Shown here piece by piece: positions 42,377 through 52,551 of a stretch of 64,000 nucleotides of DNA. The DNA is from a virus. The DNA is taken from IMG/VR virus record IMGVR_UViG_3300047564_003078, positions 1 through 64,000 of that record; one strand, 5' to 3'. Position 1 is the stretch's first letter. Each line of letters begins with the position of its first letter. Below the pieces are notes generated by a model. It saw only the letters and a list, made by a program, of their open reading frames with translations. It was not told the origin of the DNA and ran no database searches. Both the position numbers and the translations under genes were made by a program.

Positions 42377-42946
42377 ATGCCTGATATCGACATAGACTTT
42401 GCAGACAGAGACGTTGTACTATCAAAGTTACAACATCGTGTCGCACGATTGGAAACAGGTAAAAAACATAATACGGGCGTGTACGTTACTGAGGTGCCAC
42501 ACAATCCTATAGATAATATTGCAACCATTGATTATAATACTGCTGAGGACAGAGGGTATTTTAAACTTGACTTTCTTAACGTACACATTTACAAAGATGT
42601 ACGTGACGAAGCTCACATGCAAGAGTTGATGAATAAAGAACCATTATGGGAATTACTTGAACATTTTGAGTTTTGCACACAGGTGTTTCATCTAAGTGGC
42701 AACGAAAATTTAGTAAAAAAACTAGCACCTAAAAGTATAGAACAACTAGCTGCTACACTGGCTATTATTAGACCTTCAAAAAGATATCTAGCTAACACAG
42801 TAGATTGGAATAGAATAAACAACGAAGTTTGGACTGTACCAGACGACGGCAGTTACTACTTTAAAAAAGCCCATGCGTTTAGCTATGCTATGGCTGTGGT
42901 AGTACACATGAATTTGTTATGTGAAAAAGTCAACGAATCTTTTTAA
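42377..42946 (+). CDS. dnaE: Miniature DNA polymerase III alpha (C-family) catalytic core
   Basis: MPDIDIDF, HNTGV, FKLDFL, LAIIRP, YYFKKAHAFSYA in only 189 aa. Confidence 0.8.
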   Translation: MPDIDIDFADRDVVLSKLQHRVARLETGKKHNTGVYVTEVPHNPIDNIATIDYNTAEDRGYFKLDFLNVHIYKDVRDEAHMQELMNKEPLWELLEHFEFCTQVFHLSGNENLVKKLAPKSIEQLAATLAIIRPSKRYLANTVDWNRINNEVWTVPDDGSYYFKKAHAFSYAMAVVVHMNLLCEKVNESF

Positions 42947-43298
42947 TTAACTGAACGCTTTTTCTTTTTATTCGTTTAAGAGTTAAGTTTGTTACATTAA
43001 CGCATGGCCCTATAACAACTTTAACATCTTTGCTGTTCATAGTCATCATACAATATTTTAGATTATCAATTTCTCTTCTGAGGAATATATTAATAGGAAT
43101 CATTCGATTTGATTCCCACCACCATATTTCTCCTAAATCCAACAACAGTTTTTTATCCTCGGGTGTTCTTAAACCTGTATAAACAAACATGGTAGTAACA
43201 TACTGATCTTGATTTGAGATAATGCCTACATATTCGTTGCCGCCATAAGCAACAACACTAACATAAGGAAATTGATTTTCTATTTCTTTTAATAACAT
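42930..43298 (-). CDS. Hypothetical protein
   Basis: WWWESNR.IPI motif; start probably ATG 43298. Confidence 0.55.
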   Translation of the reverse strand: MLLKEIENQFPYVSVVAYGGNEYVGIISNQDQYVTTMFVYTGLRTPEDKKLLLDLGEIWWWESNRMIPINIFLRREIDNLKYCMMTMNSKDVKVVIGPCVNVTNLTLKRIKRKSVQLIKKIR

Positions 43299-43345
43299 CT
43301 TTTCCAATAAATACACTATAATAATTTTTAAGGATCCAGTATAGT

Positions 43346-44119
43346 ATGCAACTAACCCCTAGATATTTAGTCGATAATTTTACTTATGTTATTTCTAGTG
43401 AAACTGGATTTGTAGTGGAGTATAGACCAGTGTATAGCAGACAATTAAAAGTATATAGAGGTATAGACAATACCTTACAGTTTAGATTACTAAATGCTGA
43501 TCAAAAACCTGTATTTGTTGAAGGTACTCCAATTTTTGTTGCCTTTGACGAAAATGGCATTTTGGTTATTGAACGTGACTGTACAGTTACCGACGATAGT
43601 AGTACAGCATTGAAAGGTATGTTTGAGGTAACCATAACCGAAAACGATTTGTTGAATATAAGACAACAGTACCTTACCTATAACATTTATATAAATGGCA
43701 ATTCTAAAACTTTAACCTACGCCAATAGAAATTTTGACAGTGCTGGAATAATATATGTAAACGGCAATAGCTTCCCAGGAGTTAAACCTAGCAAAGTTGT
43801 AAACAATTGGCAATTTTTAAATGACCTTTATTACGGAACATTAGATGAAGATGGTGAACGTATCAGTGCTGACCCTGGAATAAATGGTAACGAAGCATTG
43901 CATACCATTGCAGTTTATTCAAACGGTTACACAGGCAATCTAATTGTACAAGCTACGCTAGACAACAGCACCGATACACTAGATTGGGCAACTGTAACTA
44001 CTGTTACGTTTACCGGCAACGAAACAGAACCAACTCCTGTAAACTTTAACGGTGTTTACAATTATCTAAGATTTGTAGCTGTTGACGATACTATTGAGAA
44101 GATACTCGTTAGAAATTAA
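43346..44119 (+). CDS. Probable beta-rich virion structural protein
   Basis: Late promoter plus SD; YRGIDN.LQF...N.DQKPV. Confidence 0.45.
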   Translation: MQLTPRYLVDNFTYVISSETGFVVEYRPVYSRQLKVYRGIDNTLQFRLLNADQKPVFVEGTPIFVAFDENGILVIERDCTVTDDSSTALKGMFEVTITENDLLNIRQQYLTYNIYINGNSKTLTYANRNFDSAGIIYVNGNSFPGVKPSKVVNNWQFLNDLYYGTLDEDGERISADPGINGNEALHTIAVYSNGYTGNLIVQATLDNSTDTLDWATVTTVTFTGNETEPTPVNFNGVYNYLRFVAVDDTIEKILVRN

Positions 44120-44153
44120 TTGACATACAGACAGTAAAATGCTACTATGAACT

Positions 44154-45152
44154 ATGAGCATTGTATCTGACGTCTTGACCACTTACTTGCCTGCAAAGCG
44201 TAAAACCACACCTAGTGGTTGGACCAGCTTCAATGCACCTTGTTGTACGTACAATGGTGAAAATGCAGACACTAGAGGACGTGGCGGACTTATCACAGAA
44301 GGCGATGTAATCAGCTATCATTGCTTCAACTGTGGCTTCAAAGCCAGCTGGCAACCCGGACGCAATCTAAGTCACAAGTTTAAAAAATTGTTGGAATGGT
44401 TAAACACACCCGACAGTGAAATTACAAAACTTGCACTGGATGTAATGCGTATCAACGAAGGCGTCGAAGTTCAAATACACAAAGTTGAACTGCCTGAATT
44501 TACAACCGTGCCTTTGCCAGATGACGCTGTGCGTATACGAGACATACCAGACTACAATGAAAACTGTTTGAGTTTTAAAAACTTTTTACAGGTAATTGAT
44601 TATATGGCTGAACGTAATCTAAATCTCGATGATACAGATTATTATTGGAGCCCTAGCCTTGCATATAGAGAACGTTTGATTGTTCCGTTTTACTATGAAG
44701 GTAGGATTGTAGGATGGACTGCTCGCAGTATAAATCAAAACAAAAAACCCAAGTACCTTACAGAAACACAACCTGGATTTGTGTATAACTTGGATGAGCA
44801 ACGTCCACAAAAAGCATTTACTCTAGTATGCGAAGGACCCATCGATGCTATCCATATCGAAGGGTGTGCGTTAACTGGTAGCGAAATAAACGACGCCCAG
44901 GCCTTGTTACTAAACAGACTTGGCAAGGATATATACATTGTTCCGGATAGAGATCAAGCTGGCAGTAAACTAATTGAACAAGCTATTGACAGAGGTTGGG
45001 GTGTTAGTATGCCAGAATGGGGTCCGGGCATAAAAGATATAAGCGATAGCGTAGCCAAGCACGGTAGACTATATACACTGTATAGTATCGTAGCTGCGGC
45101 TGAAACATCGCCGCTTAAAATTAGATTGAGAGCAAAGAAATGGTTTATTTAA
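44154..45152 (+). CDS. DNA primase (Zn ribbon + TOPRIM)
   Basis: YHCFNCG, GWTAR, VCEGPIDA, VPDRDQAG, KD. Confidence 0.88.
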   Translation: MSIVSDVLTTYLPAKRKTTPSGWTSFNAPCCTYNGENADTRGRGGLITEGDVISYHCFNCGFKASWQPGRNLSHKFKKLLEWLNTPDSEITKLALDVMRINEGVEVQIHKVELPEFTTVPLPDDAVRIRDIPDYNENCLSFKNFLQVIDYMAERNLNLDDTDYYWSPSLAYRERLIVPFYYEGRIVGWTARSINQNKKPKYLTETQPGFVYNLDEQRPQKAFTLVCEGPIDAIHIEGCALTGSEINDAQALLLNRLGKDIYIVPDRDQAGSKLIEQAIDRGWGVSMPEWGPGIKDISDSVAKHGRLYTLYSIVAAAETSPLKIRLRAKKWFI

Positions 45153-45262
45153 AAAAGATTTGGTCTATACTTACATGGCCCTATAATAAAATCAAAGAAG
45201 AGATTGCATGGCGTAAACGTTTGAAAGAACTACGCAAGAGAGATCCGTTTATTTACAAATGA
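45140..45262 (+). CDS. 40-aa basic peptide (not in ORF track)
   Basis: MVYLKKIW...KRLKELRKRDPFIYK, overlaps both neighbours. Confidence 0.5.
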   Translation: MVYLKKIWSILTWPYNKIKEEIAWRKRLKELRKRDPFIYK

Positions 45263-45825
45263 AATATAGAATATTACTAGTAGCATTGGAAGCAGAACTT
45301 CCTTATAAACTTGCACCTAAAAATTATAAAGTAATTTACACAGGTGTAGGAAAAGTAAACGCAGCATTTGAAGCCACTAGAGCTATTGCAGAAGCACACA
45401 GTTTGGGGTTCCATCCTGAAGTTTATAACTACGGCACTGTTGGATCATGTAAACCCGATCTTACAGGCATGCACCGTATTACAAGATTTGTGCAGCGTGA
45501 CATGAATGCAGAACCGCAAGCACCAAGAGGTGTAACTCCATTTGAAGCAGGGCTACCCTATTTGGACTTTTCACTGGATATGACTCATGGTCTTACGCTA
45601 GGCACAGGCGATCAGTTTGTACACGAATTAGAACCGTGGCTGGTAAACAACAGCATTGATGTAGTTGACATGGAAGCATATGCTATTGCTCATGTGTGTA
45701 AACGCATGAATGCACAATTCACTTGCTACAAGTATATCACCGATTATGTAGGTACACCGCATCAAGCAGACACTTGGCAACAGAATGTAGCAAATGGTGT
45801 AGGGGAAATTTTAAAAGTATTATGA
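45259..45825 (+). CDS. mtnN: MTA/SAH nucleosidase (PNP/UDP family)
   Basis: TGVGKVNAA, NYGTVG, TGDQF, VDMEAYA, KYITD. Confidence 0.8.
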   Translation: MKYRILLVALEAELPYKLAPKNYKVIYTGVGKVNAAFEATRAIAEAHSLGFHPEVYNYGTVGSCKPDLTGMHRITRFVQRDMNAEPQAPRGVTPFEAGLPYLDFSLDMTHGLTLGTGDQFVHELEPWLVNNSIDVVDMEAYAIAHVCKRMNAQFTCYKYITDYVGTPHQADTWQQNVANGVGEILKVL

Positions 45826-47342
45826 TTACTTGGGGAATAAGTGCCAACAGCCACGATGCTGCTCTAGCAGTGTACAAACACGAACATGTGGGTATTGATC
45901 TCAAACTGATGTTTGCAAGTCACAGCGAACGTTACAGTGGAATTAAAAACGACCCCCATCTAAATACTGCATTAATAGATGCAGCAAAACAACACGGAGA
46001 ACCAGATGAAGTTGTTTGGTATGAACAACCTTTACTCAAAACTATTAGACAGTTTAGAGCAGGCCAAGGAATTCGGTTACGCGAAAACAATGTTAAACGT
46101 TATCTTAAATCTCATGGGATACACGCTCCTATTAGGTATGTTGATCATCATCTTGCCCATGCTGCTGCCGGTTTTTATACTAGTGGGTTTACAGAAGCTA
46201 CTGTCGCATGTATCGACAGTATTGGAGAGTTCGAAACCCTTACCATCTGGGAAGGCAAAGACCGAGAACTCAAACGTATATATTCACAATCCTATCCCCA
46301 TTCGCTGGGACTCTGGTATAGTGCGTTCACGCAAAGACTAGGGTTAAAACCGCAAGAGGACGAATATATTCTTATGGGTATGGCAGCCTATGGCGACCCT
46401 CTAAAGTACATGAACGAAATACTTGAAGAGTTTTTTTACCCTATAGAAAAAGAAAATCTCAAAGACATATTCTTTCCTAAACCTAGAATCAAACTGCGTC
46501 ACAATTTACACAGGGGATGTCTATGGTGGCGGCCAGAACTCAATAGCCCCCAAGATATAATGGACATAGCAGCGGCTGTTCAAGCAATATATGCGTACTT
46601 ATTGAAATACATCAGCAACTGGGCTAGATGGAAATCATCCTCGGGTAACCTTGTTCTAATGGGAGGGTGTGCTTTAAATTGTGCTGCAAACAGCGGCATA
46701 TACAAAGATTGGAATCAAGTTTGGATAATGCCCAATCCGGGCGATGCCGGGTCAGCTATCGGAGCACCACTAGCCCATTACAAACAACACGTTGAATGGC
46801 CGGGTCCCTATCTAGGTCACAACATAGAAGGAGATTATCCTGTTGAAGATATTATCCGAGAACTGCTTACCACAGGTATCTGCGGTGTTGCTAGTGGCCC
46901 AGCTGAGTTTGGCCCTCGTGCTCTTGGTCATCGTAGTTTATTGGCTGACCCAAGAGGTGTGGACATCAAGGATCGGGTCAACCGCATCAAGCAACGTCAG
47001 CAGTTTAGACCATTTGCCCCCGCAGTACTTGAAGAACATGCTGCAACCTATTTCGATGGCCCAGCAGGACCCTACATGCAATACACTGCTGTTTGCACAG
47101 ACCCTGGACTACCTGCAATCACGCACGGGGACGGCACCAGTAGGGTACAGACAGTTTCTCGAGATCAAAGCCCGGGCTTTAGACGTTTGCTAGAACGCTG
47201 GTACGAGGAAACTGGATGCCCTATACTGTTAAATACCAGTCTTAACATCAAGGGTCAACCAATTGTTAACACTGTAGAGGATGCTATAGAGTTTGAAAAA
47301 CATTACGGTGTAAAAGTATGCTTGGCTGCTGCGAAAAAGTAA
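45822..47342 (+). CDS. NodU/CmcH-family O-carbamoyltransferase (start re-set to ATG 45822)
   Basis: HDAA, HHLAHA, EY.LMGMAAYG, GGCALN, GDAG, EFGPRALGHRS, FRPFAP, DGTSRVQ, LLNTSLN. Confidence 0.92.
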   Translation: MITWGISANSHDAALAVYKHEHVGIDLKLMFASHSERYSGIKNDPHLNTALIDAAKQHGEPDEVVWYEQPLLKTIRQFRAGQGIRLRENNVKRYLKSHGIHAPIRYVDHHLAHAAAGFYTSGFTEATVACIDSIGEFETLTIWEGKDRELKRIYSQSYPHSLGLWYSAFTQRLGLKPQEDEYILMGMAAYGDPLKYMNEILEEFFYPIEKENLKDIFFPKPRIKLRHNLHRGCLWWRPELNSPQDIMDIAAAVQAIYAYLLKYISNWARWKSSSGNLVLMGGCALNCAANSGIYKDWNQVWIMPNPGDAGSAIGAPLAHYKQHVEWPGPYLGHNIEGDYPVEDIIRELLTTGICGVASGPAEFGPRALGHRSLLADPRGVDIKDRVNRIKQRQQFRPFAPAVLEEHAATYFDGPAGPYMQYTAVCTDPGLPAITHGDGTSRVQTVSRDQSPGFRRLLERWYEETGCPILLNTSLNIKGQPIVNTVEDAIEFEKHYGVKVCLAAAKK

Positions 47343-47482
47343 ACATAGTACAACACATTGAAAAGATTGAGATTGACACACATACATACTGTATTACAAT
47401 TATATATTGTGAAAATTGTGGCAGTGTGAAAGCAACAACAAACGTGAGACAAATAAAAAATGGCAACAAGACAGAATACTGA
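47318..47482 (+). CDS. 54-aa Cys-rich (Zn-ribbon-like) protein (not in ORF track)
   Basis: MLGCCEK...YCENCGS. Confidence 0.45.
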   Translation: MLGCCEKVNIVQHIEKIEIDTHTYCITIIYCENCGSVKATTNVRQIKNGNKTEY

Positions 47483-48878
47483 TTACGGATACGATATACA
47501 AAAACTATACTTAGAAATAATGCTCACAGATGCAGAAACATTTGTGCGTTGCCAAAGTGTGTTTGATTCAACTACGTTTGATCGTAGACTGCAAGACACT
47601 GCTAAATTTATCAACGAGTATGTTATTGCACACAACATTGTGCCCACGTTTGATATGGTTAATGCTGCAACCAAATCAGATCTTAAGAATCCAGGAACAC
47701 TTGAAGAAGCACACTATGATTGGCTACTACAAGAATTTGAAACATTCTCGAGACACAAAGCACTGGAAGCTGCTATTCTCAAAAGTGCAGACTTGCTGGA
47801 AAAGGGCGAGTATGGTCCTGTTGAAGAACTTGTAAAGCGGGCTGTACAAATTGGTTTGCAAAAAGACTTGGGTACAGACTACTTTGCTGACCCGCGACGC
47901 AGACTAGAAGCAATCAAAAGCAACAACGGGCAAGTTAGCACAGGCTGGCCCACACTGGACAAGAAACTGTTTGGCGGATTCAACAGAGGCGAACTCAATA
48001 TCTTTGCAGGCGGTTCGGGCTCGGGCAAGAGTTTGTTCCTTGCTAACATGGGTGTAAATTGGGCATTGGCTGGAATGAACGTGCTGTATCTCACTTTCGA
48101 ACTTAGCGAAAACCTAGTCAGTATGCGTATTGACAGTATGGTTACAGACATTCCCAGCAGAGACATCTTTAAGAGCATTGACGATGTTGAAATGAAAGTA
48201 AAGATGATTGGAAAGAAGTCGGGCAGTATACAAGTCAAGTACATGCCCACAGGCAAGAATGCCAATGACTTGCGTAGCTATATCAAAGAATATGAAATCA
48301 AAACAAAGAAAAAACTTGATGTTGTATTGGTAGACTATCTAGATCTTATGCATCCAATCGGACAAAAGATTTCAGCAGAAAATCTATTCGTCAAAGACAA
48401 GTATGTCAGTGAAGAACTGCGTAACCTAGCAATGGAACTGAACACAGTGTTTGTTACAGCAAGTCAGTTGAACAGAGCCAGCGTTGAAGAAATTGAATTT
48501 GATCACAGTCATATTTCCGGTGGTATTTCAAAGATCAATACTGCGGATAACTTGATCGGTATCTTCACAAGTCGTGCAATGAGAGAACGTGGACGTTATC
48601 AAATTCAGCTGATGAAAACACGCTCAAGCTCAGGTGTTAACAGCAAGATTGATTTGGAGTTTGATGTAGACAGTCTGCGTATTAGAGATCTTGGCGAGGA
48701 AGAAGAATTCAACGATTCTGACAAACGCAAGAGCACAGTGTTTGATCAACTCAAACGCAACAACAACGCTCCTACTGCACCTGACAATCCCAGCGAAGGC
48801 GACACTGTTGGAAAAATACGTGCAACCACAGACAGCACTGCATTAAGAAACTTCTTAAACAAACTAGACGTTGAATGA
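47460..48878 (+). CDS. gp41: Replicative DnaB/gp41-like helicase
   Basis: STGW..LD, GGSGSGKS, VDYLDL, TASQLNR, TAD, KTR. Confidence 0.92.
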   Translation: MATRQNTDYGYDIQKLYLEIMLTDAETFVRCQSVFDSTTFDRRLQDTAKFINEYVIAHNIVPTFDMVNAATKSDLKNPGTLEEAHYDWLLQEFETFSRHKALEAAILKSADLLEKGEYGPVEELVKRAVQIGLQKDLGTDYFADPRRRLEAIKSNNGQVSTGWPTLDKKLFGGFNRGELNIFAGGSGSGKSLFLANMGVNWALAGMNVLYLTFELSENLVSMRIDSMVTDIPSRDIFKSIDDVEMKVKMIGKKSGSIQVKYMPTGKNANDLRSYIKEYEIKTKKKLDVVLVDYLDLMHPIGQKISAENLFVKDKYVSEELRNLAMELNTVFVTASQLNRASVEEIEFDHSHISGGISKINTADNLIGIFTSRAMRERGRYQIQLMKTRSSSGVNSKIDLEFDVDSLRIRDLGEEEEFNDSDKRKSTVFDQLKRNNNAPTAPDNPSEGDTVGKIRATTDSTALRNFLNKLDVE

Positions 48879-48894
48879 GATATTATCTAGGAAG

Positions 48895-49656
48895 TCAGCC
48901 TACAAATAGACGCTGCCAAAAGGTCTGTGTTTGAACAGTACGCACCACGGGCAATCTACGCACACCTAATGCTCGGCTAGGATCATAGAGATCAATTCTA
49001 ACCGAGTTCTTTTGATTGCCGCCCAATATTTGCCAATACACCTTGCCATCTACAGTTACAGTGTCCACATAGAATCCTACATGACCTTGCCAGCTTTGTC
49101 TACCACGTGGAAACACCACTATGTCACCGGGCTGTGGATCCTCATGTTTATGATTCACAGGCTCGCCCCATTCTAAGAAACTTCTAGCCATCAACGGATA
49201 TTCACTTACACTCTCTGATCCTGCATGATCGCCGCTGTGCAACACCGAGTTAACAAAAGCTGCACACCACTCCGTCTGTCTTGGATCCACACCCAAAAAG
49301 TCTCGCAGTTCTGATCTGTGCTGTTGTTCGTTCTTGTCCACCCACTCGTAGGCCACATCAAGATAAAAAGTTTCTCTTATCTTAGGTGCAAACAAAGCTT
49401 GAAACAAAGGATCGTTGCGTCGCGGCGGTTCGGGCTCAGGCGGCACCGACACATTTGATATCACAGCATCAGGTCTACTGCGTGGTCGTGGACTGGTTTC
49501 CACCACTGTGACCACGGGCACCGACTCCGGTGTTGCTGGTTCTGTAACAGCATATACCACACCGCTGGCACGTTCTTCTATGTCTTGTGAAACAACTTGC
49601 AATTGACTGCAAGCCCCTAATATGCTGACAGCAGCTACGATTGTTGGTATTCTCAT
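48895..49656 (-). CDS. TIGR02594-like CHAP/NlpC cell-wall hydrolase with lipoprotein signal
   Basis: ILGAC lipobox, WCAAFVN, ARSFL.WG, GDIVVF.RG, GHVGF, LGGNQ. Confidence 0.8.
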   Translation of the reverse strand: MRIPTIVAAVSILGACSQLQVVSQDIEERASGVVYAVTEPATPESVPVVTVVETSPRPRSRPDAVISNVSVPPEPEPPRRNDPLFQALFAPKIRETFYLDVAYEWVDKNEQQHRSELRDFLGVDPRQTEWCAAFVNSVLHSGDHAGSESVSEYPLMARSFLEWGEPVNHKHEDPQPGDIVVFPRGRQSWQGHVGFYVDTVTVDGKVYWQILGGNQKNSVRIDLYDPSRALGVRRLPVVRTVQTQTFWQRLFVG

Positions 49657-49725
49657 ACTTGGCCCTCCTAGTACTTATACACACCAACAGAGATACTGCG
49701 TGTGGTAAGCAGGATCTTGCTGACT

Positions 49726-50427
49726 CTACTGTAGAAAATGTTCTATGCTGTGGGCTAAACTGCTGAAGTTGGCTGCTAACCAAGCATGTCCTGCAGGTCC
49801 AGGATGAGCACCATCTCTGGCACCTCGGTCAAAGAACACACCGTTCAACCGTGGATCGTCTATGCTGATCATCTGAACCTCAAACCCGTAGCGTTGGCTG
49901 AGACCGTATAGTGCATAGCGTGTGGTACGTACCATAGCACTCAACACACCTGGATGCATGGCAGTGCGAGTCCAATAACGCCGTATCACCGAAGGATCCG
50001 TCAACGGAACATTGGGACGACTGTGAACACTGAATGTGTCCGCTCGTGCATCCTCATAATGACCCAAATAACGTCTGCCTGGTGTAGGCTCCAAATAGTA
50101 CAGCACACTGATACGGTGGTTGCACTTTCGCAACAGCGTTTCCAAATAGTGTATGCAGGCTTCTTGTCCAGTACCACCTTCGCTGATGTTCATGGTTATG
50201 CCCATAACACTGCTCCAGGTTTGCTCCTCGCGAACTCCTACACCATAGGTACAACTGCAACCTAAACTGGCAGTGGTTGGCTCCGACACTGGCCAATCCA
50301 GTCCTCTAAATCCATAACGATTGTGACGATATTCTATGTCCACACCACGCCAGGCAGGATTGCCAAATCCTCTATCTCCTGCACATAACGGACCTACTGT
50401 ATAAGGCTTTACATGTGTTAATTGCAT
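49726..50427 (-). CDS. SGNH-like hydrolase/acyltransferase (start re-set to 50427)
   Basis: NRYGFR, LGCSCTYGVG, RDGAHPG; TAAATA-N5-ATG. Confidence 0.6.
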   Translation of the reverse strand: MQLTHVKPYTVGPLCAGDRGFGNPAWRGVDIEYRHNRYGFRGLDWPVSEPTTASLGCSCTYGVGVREEQTWSSVMGITMNISEGGTGQEACIHYLETLLRKCNHRISVLYYLEPTPGRRYLGHYEDARADTFSVHSRPNVPLTDPSVIRRYWTRTAMHPGVLSAMVRTTRYALYGLSQRYGFEVQMISIDDPRLNGVFFDRGARDGAHPGPAGHAWLAANFSSLAHSIEHFLQ

Positions 50428-50555
50428 ACAGATATTTACCAAGAGCCCTAAGCCGCTCGCGGAAAAGCCCCACGCTGCGAAGCAGCTCGCGGTAGCAAAA
50501 AATAACAATTCAGTACCAGCGTACTAGAACCGTATATAAAAACAATTCTACATTG

Positions 50556-50605
50556 ACCACGTCGCTAGCACCCTAACGACACGTCGATAACCGCCTAGCG
50601 ACACG
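50556..50605 (-). repeat. Left array of 22-bp units, inverted copy of 59980-60029
   Basis: Reverse complement matches 59980-60029 at 40/50 nt, ungapped (31/33 in the inner part). Confidence 0.85.
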
Positions 50606-50620
50606 GTGTAGAAAAATACA

Positions 50621-50836
50621 TCATTCTATTATGCGTACACCGTCTGTACTCAACAAAAACAGTGTCATATTTTTAGGACTGTGATGAGCTGCACACACTA
50701 TTTCAAAATGTTCACTGGCTAACAGAGTAAACCCACGGTGAACCAATTCTACTCGTACCCATTGAACTTTTCCAAACGGGTACAAAAACATGCTACGGCG
50801 GTCTAACTCAACATGCAGTCGCCAAGTGTACAACAT
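50621..50836 (-). CDS. Hypothetical protein (start re-set to 50836)
   Basis: TAAATA-N5-ATG. Confidence 0.4.
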   Translation of the reverse strand: MLYTWRLHVELDRRSMFLYPFGKVQWVRVELVHRGFTLLASEHFEIVCAAHHSPKNMTLFLLSTDGVRIIE

Positions 50837-51165
50837 AGAAATATTTACCGGAGCAACGCTCCAGTGCAGGCAGTTGATCACTGCCTTGCAGTTTCAGTTG
50901 AGAGGGGTATACTGCGTAAAAAAAATACTGCAAAAAAAATTTACACGGAGTACTTGAGCAAGGTGGGACCGAGATTTCATACACAGTGAGAAAAAACTTG
51001 TGCTGCGGTTTTTTATAAAGAAGTACTTATAGTTTCAGGGTGGTGATCGTGCAACCCCTGGTATTTAAAATCGCTACTACGCTGTGTAAGCTTTTGTAAA
51101 TAAAGAATTATATGCGACCCCCCGAAGAGAAAAAATATTTTTCTTTGCCGACCTCAAGAGAAAAT

Positions 51166-51188
51166 CCGCAGGTTGTCAAACACTGCGG
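51166..51188 (-). terminator. Possible terminator closing the early module
   Basis: ccgcag...ctgcgg stem followed by a short T run on minus strand. Confidence 0.4.
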
Positions 51189-51230
51189 AAGTTCTGTATA
51201 CATCAACGAAGGAGACAGCCGTTGTGATCG

Positions 51231-51605
51231 TTAGTCTGCTCTGCTGCCAGCGTAGGCAGTGTAACCATACTTGGTGAGCACACGAGCAGCAGCACGAGCA
51301 CCTGCTTCCTTAGCGTCCATGCTCTGCCCGGGCCACTGTGCAGGGTTCCACAGTTCGTAAGCCCGACCAGTGTAGTCAGGACGCAGTCCAATCTCCTTAA
51401 GCGTTTGACGCTCCAGCTTACCCAGCTTAGTGTTGCCCTTGTGCTTGGGATATACAGTGACCCAAGCAAAGCCGCAGTACATGGGTTCGCCATAAGCATT
51501 GCCGCCAGTGCTGGCTTTCCACTCTGCGATGTAGTCGTGTGCAGCAGCAGCAGCCGCAGTCAAGGTCTCGTCACGTACTTGGATGGTGTCCATGGTAAAG
51601 GTCAT
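51231..51605 (-). CDS. Early hypothetical protein (CGFAWV motif)
   Basis: Own promoter cassette and SD. Confidence 0.7.
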   Translation of the reverse strand: MTFTMDTIQVRDETLTAAAAAAHDYIAEWKASTGGNAYGEPMYCGFAWVTVYPKHKGNTKLGKLERQTLKEIGLRPDYTGRAYELWNPAQWPGQSMDAKEAGARAAARVLTKYGYTAYAGSRAD

Positions 51606-51659
51606 CTTGTGTTCCTTTGTGTTGCCTACAGTGTTTATATAGTACGCTGCGGTGGAAGG

Positions 51660-51887
51660 TCAAGCCACTGTGGCGAAGTTTTCTTGCCGCAGAGGCAGAT
51701 AGTTCTTTGCCACAGCATAGCGGATCAATTGACGATCCAGTTCAGTGAGTGTGGTCACACGGTTAGGAGTCTCCAGTTCAAATGCCAGTTGGCTTGCGGC
51801 ATTGGCGATGCGATCGTTGAGATCACGTTCAGCAGTGCAGCGGAGACGATACATGATCTGTTGGACTTGAGCGGCAGTGAGTTTCAT
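51660..51887 (-). CDS. Early hypothetical protein
   Basis: GAGG SD, ATGA coupling. Confidence 0.6.
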   Translation of the reverse strand: MKLTAAQVQQIMYRLRCTAERDLNDRIANAASQLAFELETPNRVTTLTELDRQLIRYAVAKNYLPLRQENFATVA

Positions 51888-52015
51888 TTCTCTTCCTCAT
51901 ATACTAGGACAGGGTCGTGTGCATTGCGTGGTGCAGTGGTCATTGCGATAGCGTCTTCTAGACGTGTGACCACAGCTACGATTTCGCGGGTAAGATAGTC
52001 GCGGATGATATACAT
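51884..52015 (-). CDS. Early small protein (start re-set to MYIIRDY)
   Basis: ATG directly after stop of 52017-52208. Confidence 0.5.
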   Translation of the reverse strand: MYIIRDYLTREIVAVVTRLEDAIAMTTAPRNAHDPVLVYEEEK

Positions 52016-52016
52016 G

Positions 52017-52208
52017 TTAGTCTCGCTTGATTCGAACAGTGCTCTTGCCAAAGAACGCAACCAGCACAACCATTGCCAGCCAGTTCCAGAAGCTGTAGGC
52101 AATGCCCATAGCGAACAGAGTGTTCAGTGCCCAAATCGCAGCCAAGGGCCAAAGGAAGACCCAAAGGATGATGGTGAGCACAAGGGTAGTTCCAAACCAG
52201 GTCTTCAT
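52017..52208 (-). CDS. Early two-TM membrane protein
   Basis: AGGAG SD; hydrophobic 63 aa. Confidence 0.65.
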   Translation of the reverse strand: MKTWFGTTLVLTIILWVFLWPLAAIWALNTLFAMGIAYSFWNWLAMVVLVAFFGKSTVRIKRD

Positions 52209-52221
52209 CTCAGTTCTCCTA

Positions 52222-52467
52222 TCAAAATTCGTCGATCAGTGCGAAGTCGTCATCGCCCTCGTAGTGGTCTTGGTAGTCATCTGCACTGTAGGTATAGATT
52301 GTGCTGTATTCGCCGTTGCTGAGGTGAACCGCAACATCAATGGTGTTGTATCCGCCAAAGCCGTCTTCAACATAATCATCTGCCCAACGCAGGGCTTCAC
52401 TGCGAGTGTCAGCTTCATGCAGCAGGCATTCGGTGGTGTAGCCATAGTCGCCATAGATCTTGTACAT
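52222..52467 (-). CDS. Early acidic hypothetical protein
   Basis: Promoter cassette, AGGAG SD; D/E/Y-rich. Confidence 0.7.
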   Translation of the reverse strand: MYKIYGDYGYTTECLLHEADTRSEALRWADDYVEDGFGGYNTIDVAVHLSNGEYSTIYTYSADDYQDHYEGDDDFALIDEF

Positions 52468-52551
52468 CGTCGTCTCCTGTGTTGCCTACAGTCTACATAT
52501 AGTGTTCTGGTTTCGGTTTGTCAACCTCTAACAGCGGGGTTCTGTGATTTT

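Noticed and set aside
42377-42946. dnaE pseudogene or split-intein fragment
   Set aside because: Motifs from distant parts of DnaE are retained in order in one clean ORF; no intein end motifs seen
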